Assembly: GCA_964631935.1 (NCBI GenBank)
Contig: CAZWAV010000004.1
Location: forward strand, 9,179-73,178
DNA from: an uncultured Candidatus Saccharibacteria bacterium
Lineage (GTDB): Bacteria > Patescibacteriota > Minisyncoccia > Phycocordibacterales > UBA9973
Reading direction: 5' to 3'
Length of the DNA: 64,000 nucleotides
The notes under the pieces were generated by a model that did no database searches, was not told the origin of the DNA, and saw only the letters and a list, made by a program, of their open reading frames with translations. Shown here in pieces: positions 36,238 to 44,391 of this stretch (the stretch's first letter is position 1; each line of letters opens with the position of its first letter). A program made the translations under genes and the position numbers.

Positions 36238-37491
36238 TTATTTTTTACTAAACTTGTCGTAATCTATATCTACAACAAGTTTATCGTTTGCAATCATCAT
36301 TGACTTGATAGGTGTTTTATATTTTTCTTCAAAATAAGATTTTATTTTTCCAACAAAAGTGGGTAATAGATAATCTGCTACCTCTCTTCTTATTTCTGTT
36401 GGTATAGCTAATCCTCCACCCATAGATAAACCACCTATATCTAATTTCCCATCTTTATTCAAAAGTGGAATAGATAAATTCATTATAGCTGTTTTGGGTT
36501 CTTTCAATCCAGTTTTTATTGATACAAAAGCCCTAGCGACAAAACCTTCTTCTGTTGACTCCAGGCTAAAATTGTCTCTTTTAGGATCTACCCTTCTTAT
36601 TTTTTCACTTTCACTTAAGAATTTAATAAGAACATCTTTTACAGCATCCTCTACAAATTTTTTATCCAATCCTCTATTTATATTTTCTTTGTTAGTTATA
36701 TTGCTTTCCCCGTCTTCATCTTCTGATTTCTCTATAATCTTTTCTGCTAGAGCGGTTTCTATTGCTTTTATCAGTTTTGGGTTACTCTTATCTATTTTTG
36801 CTTTATGGTATTCTTCAGCCACTTCTTGTGATGTCCTCTCTATAACATTAAATCTTTCATTGGCATTTTTTAGTAGAGTTGCTGCAACTCTTTTCTTGCC
36901 CGGCGTAGTGCTATTATGTTCCCATTCATTTCTCTCTTTCTCATCCATTAAGCCAAATATTTCTGCATCTGTTTTATATTTAGGCTTTAGTTTTTTCTTT
37001 ATATCTAGAAACTCTTTTGGGTTTCTTTGAGAAAAATCTTCAAGAGCTTTTGTTGTAGATTCGATATTTTCTAGAGGATTTTCAGTAATTTTATCAGCCT
37101 CTTTACTGTCAGGTTTTTCTTCTAAATTATTTTCTAGAGTTTCTAATGTCTCTTTTTTCTCAATATCTTTTATTTCTTTTTCTATAATGTCTCTTTTTTC
37201 TCTTAATTTCTGAGTATCAACTTCGAGGGTCTCCAATTTCTGTTTCCTTGTGAGCCATTCATTATATTGTTGTTCAAATAACTTTATTTTTTCTTCTTTA
37301 GATCCTTCTTCATTTTTCGTATTTGGTCCACTACTAGGTCTATCTTCTGGTTCTTTTTTATTCTTTTCATTTATCTCTTTTTGGAGTTTGATTTTTTCTT
37401 CTGGGGACAACTTAGAAAGAGCTTCAGATAGCGTTGCTCCCTCTACTTTTTCTCCAGTCGCTAATGTAAATGTGAATTCTCGATTTTTCAT
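36238..37491 (-). CDS. Hypothetical K/E-rich coiled-coil protein (417 aa), no TM
   Basis: Composition-driven call. Translationally coupled to its neighbours. Confidence 0.55.
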   Translation of the reverse strand: MKNREFTFTLATGEKVEGATLSEALSKLSPEEKIKLQKEINEKNKKEPEDRPSSGPNTKNEEGSKEEKIKLFEQQYNEWLTRKQKLETLEVDTQKLREKRDIIEKEIKDIEKKETLETLENNLEEKPDSKEADKITENPLENIESTTKALEDFSQRNPKEFLDIKKKLKPKYKTDAEIFGLMDEKERNEWEHNSTTPGKKRVAATLLKNANERFNVIERTSQEVAEEYHKAKIDKSNPKLIKAIETALAEKIIEKSEDEDGESNITNKENINRGLDKKFVEDAVKDVLIKFLSESEKIRRVDPKRDNFSLESTEEGFVARAFVSIKTGLKEPKTAIMNLSIPLLNKDGKLDIGGLSMGGGLAIPTEIRREVADYLLPTFVGKIKSYFEEKYKTPIKSMMIANDKLVVDIDYDKFSKK

Positions 37492-37502
37492 CTAATTAAA
37501 TA

Positions 37503-39578
37503 TTATTTCAATTCTAAAAGTTCCAAGAATTTATCTTCTGTCATATCTTTTCTTTTGGAAAGGCCATATGGTTGCATCATCATTACTCCTCGGACAAGCA
37601 CTGTTTCTGGTACTACTTTTTTAACTTCAGCAAAAAGTGCTTCCAGGTCGTATGTATTAGTGTTGACCATGAATCGATTATACTTCTCATTATATGTTGC
37701 AAAGCTATCATATCCTAGGGCTTTTGCTACCAAGAACCCATTATAGATTTTAATTATGTTATTTCTTTTTTTATCTAGCTGATCTATCTCTTTTTGCCTA
37801 TCTTGTTTATTATAAATAACCTTTCCTATTTTACTACTTTTCGTTTTGATTCCACGCTTCTTCATTAATTCAATAGCAAATCTTGCATTGCTTATATCCG
37901 CACCGATCTCTTTTTCTTTTTCTTCTATAATCTTTTTTAATGTAGCTTTTCTTTCCACAGGCTTTTGTCCATTTATTTTACTATCTGCATCTCTAGTCCA
38001 TTCAGTCGTTTCTAAAACCTCATTCAATTCTTCTTCTGTAAATTTCGGGTCAAAAGGATTCTTTCCCTCTTTAAACCATTGAGGAATTTTTTCAAATGGA
38101 ACATCATTATAAATACCAAACATAGATTTTGGCCACTGGTATTCTAGAGAATCTACGTCGTAATTTTCATGGTTTACGTATGATAAATTGTCTACACTTG
38201 TGACAAAGCTTGCCATGTTTTCCATCCATGGCTCACTCTCAAGCATTTTGTTTTTGACTAGTACTTCGTACATTAACTCTGTGGCAGAAGTAGCATACTT
38301 ACTAAATTCTTGCTGGTGATGATCAATGAAAATCTCTTTACCGTTAATTCCCTTTTTAAATGAAAGTCTTTCTCCTGAAGTATCTATATATAGAGTAGTC
38401 TGATCTTTTTTATTCTTTTCGTTATAGTATTGTGTCTTACTTTCTTTAATACCACCCTTAGACCCTTTCTTTGCAAGCTCCGTATATGAACCTTTATTGT
38501 AATTAACACCTTTAGCCAAATTCAAGAAAAACAAAGCCCCCCTCGTGTCTGTATCTATACTGCCATTGAATTTCGGTTCAACGTTCACTTCATCCCCCAC
38601 TTCTTTTGTTTGCCCGTGTATTACAATTTTGTCGATTCCCTGCTTCAACATCTCACCAATATCTTTTATCATTTTTTCTCGTTTTTCAAAATCAAATTTC
38701 GATCTTTCTTTTTTCTTGTTCTGGAATTCTATTTCATTTTTAGTATATATTGGCTCAATAAAAGATAAGGGAATATTATATTCCTCACTAAGACTTCTCA
38801 TCTGATCTATCTTCTCATCGTCTGAAGAATTTTTATTGAATGTCTTTTCTTTTTCTTGAAGCTCTTTAATTAATTTATCAAATTTTTCAAGCGCTTCCTT
38901 GTCTTCAATAGACATTTCTTGAACAGGTTCTTTTTCTCCAACATCTTTCTTGACAAGAGGTTCAGGCTCATCAAATGATATTTCATCACCAAGTTTATTG
39001 AAATTGATATCTTTTTTTACTGCAGGAGGTACGGATATTATTTTTGGTTTCTCTGAAGAAGTATGTTGTGCACCTGTTGCCTCACTCACATTCTTTGTTG
39101 AGCTTGAATTATCTGCTGTTGTATTGTTTTTTTTTGTATTATCTTGATCATCTAGCCCGGAGCTATTGATTGTAGATGTCGGAGACACCGCATTTTCTGG
39201 TTGTATTTTTGTAATTGTATTTAAATTTTTACTTCCTATTTCAATATTTTTCTCTTTTAGATAATCTTCTATTGTAGATGTAATTTGATCAGAAATATAT
39301 TCTGGGGATGTGTCTCCTTTCGGATTCTCTACTCCAGTTAATTTTGCCAGAGTAAGATCATGTGGGCTCTTTGTATCAATATTTATCTTCTGTAGTAGAA
39401 ATTTTTTAGCCTTAGCTTTATCTCCATTAAGCATAGCCTCAATAACTATATCCATAACCCTATCGCTGAAGTACTTTGAATCTATACCTAAAATACCTTT
39501 TATATTTTTTATAGCATCTCCAATTTTCTCTGCATCTTCACGATGTAGTTTTTCCATGTGCTTTATTATACAACACAA
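37503..39578 (-). CDS. Large hypothetical protein with a central DHH-family phosphoesterase-like domain (NrnA/RecJ-like motifs)
   Basis: Motif I-like IVIHGQ...GSIDTDTRGALFFLNLA (DxD). Motif II-like LYIDTSGERLS (compare NrnA VDTANTER). Motif III IFIDHHQ (DHH). No clear DHHA1 GGGH motif. The real start is perhaps MEKLH at 39557. Confidence 0.5.
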   Translation of the reverse strand: MCCIIKHMEKLHREDAEKIGDAIKNIKGILGIDSKYFSDRVMDIVIEAMLNGDKAKAKKFLLQKINIDTKSPHDLTLAKLTGVENPKGDTSPEYISDQITSTIEDYLKEKNIEIGSKNLNTITKIQPENAVSPTSTINSSGLDDQDNTKKNNTTADNSSSTKNVSEATGAQHTSSEKPKIISVPPAVKKDINFNKLGDEISFDEPEPLVKKDVGEKEPVQEMSIEDKEALEKFDKLIKELQEKEKTFNKNSSDDEKIDQMRSLSEEYNIPLSFIEPIYTKNEIEFQNKKKERSKFDFEKREKMIKDIGEMLKQGIDKIVIHGQTKEVGDEVNVEPKFNGSIDTDTRGALFFLNLAKGVNYNKGSYTELAKKGSKGGIKESKTQYYNEKNKKDQTTLYIDTSGERLSFKKGINGKEIFIDHHQQEFSKYATSATELMYEVLVKNKMLESEPWMENMASFVTSVDNLSYVNHENYDVDSLEYQWPKSMFGIYNDVPFEKIPQWFKEGKNPFDPKFTEEELNEVLETTEWTRDADSKINGQKPVERKATLKKIIEEKEKEIGADISNARFAIELMKKRGIKTKSSKIGKVIYNKQDRQKEIDQLDKKRNNIIKIYNGFLVAKALGYDSFATYNEKYNRFMVNTNTYDLEALFAEVKKVVPETVLVRGVMMMQPYGLSKRKDMTEDKFLELLELK

Positions 39579-39918
39579 ATGTGAAACTTGTCAAAAATTT
39601 AATATGTGTCCTTATTATAAGGGTAATTAGTCAGGTAGACTTTGCCTTTGGGGTACGTGTGCATTACTTCATTGACTAACCATACTATATAAGATACCCT
39701 TATATATACGGACTTATAAATAAGTTCCGTAATACTGAAAAGCTAGAAAAGCTATATTTTACAGGCTTTCCGAGACGATTGTAACAACTATCTTAGTATC
39801 ATTTGTATATTACAGCCTTCGCTTTTGCGGTCGTACTGTAATCCCGTAGTGGGGTGATCCTAGTATAGTTACTTAATTTAGGCTTATTTCACTTAAAACA
39901 AAAGATTCAAATGGTAAA

Positions 39919-41136
39919 TTGGCTCGCCCAAATAACCATTTGATGAAAATATCGTTATTTATCAAGACCTCTGTTATAAAGGCCTGTTTCTTTTTGTTTA
40001 TATTTATATACATGTTAGCCCAGCCAAGTCATGCTTCAGCTTCTTTTTTCTCTGATTTACTAACGCAAGTCCTAGGTTCAAAAACTCAAGCTTCGGAAAT
40101 TGCTCCTATTGAATCAGAGGTTATACATAATTCACAGAATATTCCCCTTCTTGAATCATCAATTAATCCTGACTTGAAGAATATTAAAGATGAACCAGCT
40201 CCAACCAGTGTTAATCCTAATCCTGTGGCGTTGTCTAACGATGGATCTCTAGGAAACGATGATTCTGAGCTTGAAAAATATGCCTCTTCTGTAAAAATTA
40301 GTACTTATACAGTTAAAAAAGGTGATACATTAGATAGTATAAGTAAAAAATTGAATGTTCCTAAGAGTACCATTGTTTCTTCAAATGCTGACCTAAAAAA
40401 GTCTGATTTATTAAAAATCGGACAAACTCTTGTAATCCTTGCTCTAAAAGATCAACCTACTGAAAACGTTGATAAACCAACCCAAAAAGACTCAATCAAA
40501 GATGAAAAAACAAAAGCACCATTGGAAGATAAGGTTATTGTTAAAAAGGAGGAGCCAATAAAAGAAGAAAAACCTAAAGATGAAGGTCCTAAATTTACTA
40601 TAAATACTGATTTACCACCTCCACAAACACAAAACCAGATTATAAGCACACCGCCACCTGCGCAAATAATACAGCAACAACCAGAGACTATTATTACCGC
40701 TCCAACTACTCCTACTGAGTCTGGGCAGCCGTCAGGTACTATAAATGGTGGTTATATATGGCCATTTCCACAAGGTGTAGGTCGTGTATCTCAAGGACGT
40801 CACGCTGATAATGCTTTTGACTTCTCAGCACCAAAGGGTACACCTATATATGCTGTCCAAAGTGGTACTGTTTTGATTGCTCACCCTACTGGATATAATG
40901 GTGGCTATGGACTTTATGTAGTTATAAACTTTGATGATGGTCGCCAGGCTATATTTGGCCACATGAGTAAAGTTGCAGTAGAGGCTGGTCAAGTGGTAAA
41001 GCAAGGTGATATAATAGGATACGTTGGTTCTACAGGCAAATCTACTGGTCCGCATGCACACATCGGTTTCCATGGAGACCTACCGAACCCTTATCTTGGC
41101 TTAAAAGTTGGTAATACTAATATAGATCATGATTAA
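39919..41136 (+). CDS. LysM domain-containing M23 family peptidase (peptidoglycan endopeptidase)
   Basis: LysM YTVKKGDTLDSISKKLNVPKSTI...IGQTLVI. M23 motifs GRHADNAFDF and GHMSKVAVEAGQVVKQGDIIGYVGSTGKSTGPHAHIGF. A signal-peptide start is more likely at the ATG at 39946 (MKISLFIKTS...). Confidence 0.85.
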   Translation: MARPNNHLMKISLFIKTSVIKACFFLFIFIYMLAQPSHASASFFSDLLTQVLGSKTQASEIAPIESEVIHNSQNIPLLESSINPDLKNIKDEPAPTSVNPNPVALSNDGSLGNDDSELEKYASSVKISTYTVKKGDTLDSISKKLNVPKSTIVSSNADLKKSDLLKIGQTLVILALKDQPTENVDKPTQKDSIKDEKTKAPLEDKVIVKKEEPIKEEKPKDEGPKFTINTDLPPPQTQNQIISTPPPAQIIQQQPETIITAPTTPTESGQPSGTINGGYIWPFPQGVGRVSQGRHADNAFDFSAPKGTPIYAVQSGTVLIAHPTGYNGGYGLYVVINFDDGRQAIFGHMSKVAVEAGQVVKQGDIIGYVGSTGKSTGPHAHIGFHGDLPNPYLGLKVGNTNIDHD

Positions 41137-41440
41137 AAAACTAATTCCATGTTTGTTGCTAATAGTATCCCTCTTATCTGCACCGCTTATTGTGACAGAA
41201 GTTGATGCCCAAGTGGCCTCATCTACGGCTGTTTCGGTTCCCGTAAAAGAAATTCCTACTCCTATAAAACAAGAGGTGAAAAAGCCTGTTGTTAAGAAAA
41301 AAGTTGCAGTTAAGAAAAAGAAAGTTGTTGCAAAGAGAAAAGAGAAGCTTACTACTGCACCGGCTCTCATTACTATCGATACTGCTCCACACTCACCAAA
41401 ACCTATAGCCAAAAAGAAGTCAACAAAAAAGAAGATATAA
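41129..41440 (+). CDS. Small secreted lysine-rich protein (overlaps the M23 gene end by 8 nt)
   Basis: Signal peptide MIKKLIPCLLLIVSLLSAPL followed by a KKPVVKKKVAVKKKKVVAKRKEK polylysine region. Ends at a strong terminator. Confidence 0.45.
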   Translation: MIKKLIPCLLLIVSLLSAPLIVTEVDAQVASSTAVSVPVKEIPTPIKQEVKKPVVKKKVAVKKKKVVAKRKEKLTTAPALITIDTAPHSPKPIAKKKSTKKKI

Positions 41441-41443
41441 AAA

Positions 41444-41469
41444 ATCCCTCACAACGAGGGATTTTTTAT
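41444..41469. terminator. Bidirectional intrinsic terminator
   Basis: ATCCCTC-ACAAC-GAGGGAT followed by TTTTTATT; A-tract on the other side. Confidence 0.6.
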
Positions 41470-43040
41470 TAAGCACTTGTTCTTGGTCTATATTGTAGTG
41501 CCTCTAAAATGTGAGATTGTGTAATTGATTCGATACCTTCCAGGTCAGCTATGGTGCGTGCTAGTTTAATAACACGGTGGTATGCGCGGGCTGAAAGTTG
41601 TAATCGTTCAGCGCTCTGATTAAGTAATTGTTTTATTTCTGGTGTTAGTGGTGCATAGATTGCCAAGTCTTTAACATTCATCTCACTATTAGTGTTTATT
41701 TTACGTGCAGCACCTCTAAATCTTTTTGTTTGCATGTTCCTTGCGCGCTCCACTCTCTCCTTTATCGTTATCGTTTTCTCCCCGCTTTGTTCTGTTGTTG
41801 AAAGTTTATCATAATCCACTGCGCCTACTGTCACCCATATATCGATACGATCCATAATTGGACCTGAAAGTTTTCTGTTGTATCTATCAAGATCACTTGG
41901 CTTACATATACATGCTTTTTGCTTGTTTCCTTTATTTCCACATGGACATGGATTCATTGCTGCTACTAAAATAAAATTTGATGGAAATATTGCAGATCCT
42001 CGAGCTCGAGAAATAGAAACGATGTTATCTTCGAGCGGTTGGCGAAGTGATTCAAGGACTCTTTTTTCAAATTCTGGAAACTCATCTAAAAAGAGTACAC
42101 CTCTGTGTGCAAGAGTTACTTCTCCAGGTTTAGGATTTGCCCCACCTCCAATCATAGATACATAGCTTGCTGTATGGTGTGGTGCACGAAATGGCGATTC
42201 GGTCACCAACTCATTTTCAAGTAATCCAACAACAGAATGTATACCAGTAATTTCCAATATCTCATCAGTGCTAAGATCTGGAAGTATATGAGAAAAAACC
42301 CTTGCAAGCATTGTCTTTCCTGTGCCAGGGGGACCTGACATGGCTATATTGTGCCCTCCAGCAGCGGCTATCTCTATACCCCTTTTTGCGCCTTCTTGTC
42401 CGCGAATATCTGAGAAATCTATAGAGTACTCTTTCTTTGCGTGTACTATTTCTGTCTGCGGAGTAGGTATGATTTTGGGTCGTTCGGGTTCAAGCGGTTT
42501 ACCACTTTTGTCATTTTTTATTTTATGAATATGATCTATAACCTCTTTTAAAGTTTTTGCTCCATAGACAGTTATGCCATCAACCAATGCTGCTTCTTTA
42601 GCGTTTTGTTCTGGTAAAAATATTTCTTTGTATCCTAAACGTTTGGCCTCTTGAGTAAGTGGAAGCGCCCCTTTAATTGGCTGAAGTTCTCCATTAAGAG
42701 ATAGTTCTCCTAAAAATATTTTCTCTTCTGGATCAAAATTTATTTCTTCTGCAGATAATAAATATGCAAGAGCTATGGCTAAATCAAAATACGGACCTTC
42801 TTTTTTAAGATCAGCCGGCGAAAGAGAAATAACTATTTTTTGATTCTGATTTTTAGGAGAAGCAAAGCCCGAGTTCTTTAAGGCTGAGCTCATACGGTCT
42901 TTTGATTCGTCGACAGCTTTATCTGGTAGTCCAACTAGTGTAAATGAATGAAGAGTATTTTTAGTGATATCAACCTCAACGGTCACAATTTTTCCTTTGA
43001 GTAAATGTGTTTGCGCAGAATTTATTCTTGCAAATGACAT
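41469..43040 (-). CDS. comM: Mg-chelatase-like AAA+ ATPase YifB/ComM (competence-associated)
   Basis: Lon-protease-like N-terminal domain; Walker A MSGPPGTGKTMLA; the ChlI/MCM-type Zn-binding CPCG region. Confidence 0.9.
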   Translation of the reverse strand: MSFARINSAQTHLLKGKIVTVEVDITKNTLHSFTLVGLPDKAVDESKDRMSSALKNSGFASPKNQNQKIVISLSPADLKKEGPYFDLAIALAYLLSAEEINFDPEEKIFLGELSLNGELQPIKGALPLTQEAKRLGYKEIFLPEQNAKEAALVDGITVYGAKTLKEVIDHIHKIKNDKSGKPLEPERPKIIPTPQTEIVHAKKEYSIDFSDIRGQEGAKRGIEIAAAGGHNIAMSGPPGTGKTMLARVFSHILPDLSTDEILEITGIHSVVGLLENELVTESPFRAPHHTASYVSMIGGGANPKPGEVTLAHRGVLFLDEFPEFEKRVLESLRQPLEDNIVSISRARGSAIFPSNFILVAAMNPCPCGNKGNKQKACICKPSDLDRYNRKLSGPIMDRIDIWVTVGAVDYDKLSTTEQSGEKTITIKERVERARNMQTKRFRGAARKINTNSEMNVKDLAIYAPLTPEIKQLLNQSAERLQLSARAYHRVIKLARTIADLEGIESITQSHILEALQYRPRTSA

Positions 43041-43059
43041 ACGATTTTGAGTAGATAAT

Positions 43060-43419
43060 TTATATGACTTTATTCATGCACTCTTTGCAAGTGCGAGCGC
43101 TCGGATTTGCTTCAAGGCGATCTGCCTCTATTTCTTTGCCGCATGATTCACACATACCGTAGTTTCCAGTTCCAATCTTGGCAATGGCGATATTTATATC
43201 TTCGAGTCGAGCATTAAGAGCCGACATTGTGCTTGATCGTTCTTCGTAATCCTCCGTACGATCTGCTAAGTCGTTTTCATCTGCTTCTGGGCTTGTTTGA
43301 GTTTCTGGTGTTGCTTCCCATTCACCTGTAGTCTTGTCTAGACGACCAAGAGAGCTAAGTTCACTTTCTATTAATTTTTTTTCTTCTTCTAATTTAGTTT
43401 TATAATTATCTGTGTTCAT
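43060..43419 (-). CDS. dksA: DksA/TraR family C4-type zinc-finger transcription factor
   Basis: C-terminal CESCGKEIEADRLEANPSARTCKEC (CxxC-17-CxxC) plus an N-terminal acidic coiled coil. Confidence 0.8.
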   Translation of the reverse strand: MNTDNYKTKLEEEKKLIESELSSLGRLDKTTGEWEATPETQTSPEADENDLADRTEDYEERSSTMSALNARLEDINIAIAKIGTGNYGMCESCGKEIEADRLEANPSARTCKECMNKVI

Positions 43420-43455
43420 AGGGTTAATTTTAACATTAATGTATTAAATGGCAAT

Positions 43456-44382
43456 CTATAGAGGTTTCGTACCTTTGACTAATAGTCTCGCGCTAACTTC
43501 TTTTATTGTTTCTTGATTGTCGGTGATTATGAAGTTATTTTTATTTGTAAGTATGTAGTAAAGTATTTCTTTGCCATTTCTGTCATACAATATGCGAGCA
43601 TTTTGATTGTTTATTAGGACATCTCCCCATGGTTTATCAAAAAGTGCCTCGCCATCTTTTCCAAGGTCTACATTAAATAGTACAAATAAATCCCTTAACA
43701 TTGTTTTTTCCCAGGTTAGCATTGCAGCATATGCTTGGTTGTAATCTTTAGCTTTAAATACTAAGAATAAATGCGTTTTTGGTGTTGATTCGGTCGTCTG
43801 GCCATCCGTGCTTCTTTCTGTGTATGTTCCAATCATATACTGGTCATCTAGGGTTCTAACCAGTGCTGAAGGAGCTTGAGTATCCATTAAAAAAAGTAGA
43901 TTCTTTAAAGATAGTAGTTGTGGAGCCTTGTTTACATTTTCTGTCAGGAACAGTGCCTTAATAGATCCTGCCTTGCCTGATTTATCTGATTCTATTTTAA
44001 TAGATTTAGATAAATCACCTTGATTCTTGTTTTCAGTAACATCAATGTAGGCTTTGTCATCGTAAGATATGAATGCCTCGATATCTTTTTTAGTCTGTTG
44101 TGGAGTGTTTGCTACTTCATTTTTCTTAGACAAGAAATACCATCCAAAAATTGAAAGAGCAATAAGAACAATACCTCCAAAGACTAGCATAAATTTTGAA
44201 CCTTTGGTGTCATTCGCTTCTGCATAGATTGCCTCTTGTTCCCTTTTTTCTTTTTCAGCAAGTGCTATCTTGATCACAGATGCTTCATTGATACGTACAG
44301 CATCTGCCATATCCGACGTATAAGTGTGGATAGTTTTTATTTTTTGTCCCAAACTGTCGTATTGTGGTGTTTTTTCATCCAT
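43456..44382 (-). CDS. Hypothetical single-TM membrane protein
   Basis: TM FMLVFGGIVLIALSIFGWYFL. No motifs recognised. Confidence 0.55.
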   Translation of the reverse strand: MDEKTPQYDSLGQKIKTIHTYTSDMADAVRINEASVIKIALAEKEKREQEAIYAEANDTKGSKFMLVFGGIVLIALSIFGWYFLSKKNEVANTPQQTKKDIEAFISYDDKAYIDVTENKNQGDLSKSIKIESDKSGKAGSIKALFLTENVNKAPQLLSLKNLLFLMDTQAPSALVRTLDDQYMIGTYTERSTDGQTTESTPKTHLFLVFKAKDYNQAYAAMLTWEKTMLRDLFVLFNVDLGKDGEALFDKPWGDVLINNQNARILYDRNGKEILYYILTNKNNFIITDNQETIKEVSARLLVKGTKPL

Positions 44383-44391
44383 ACTAAATTT

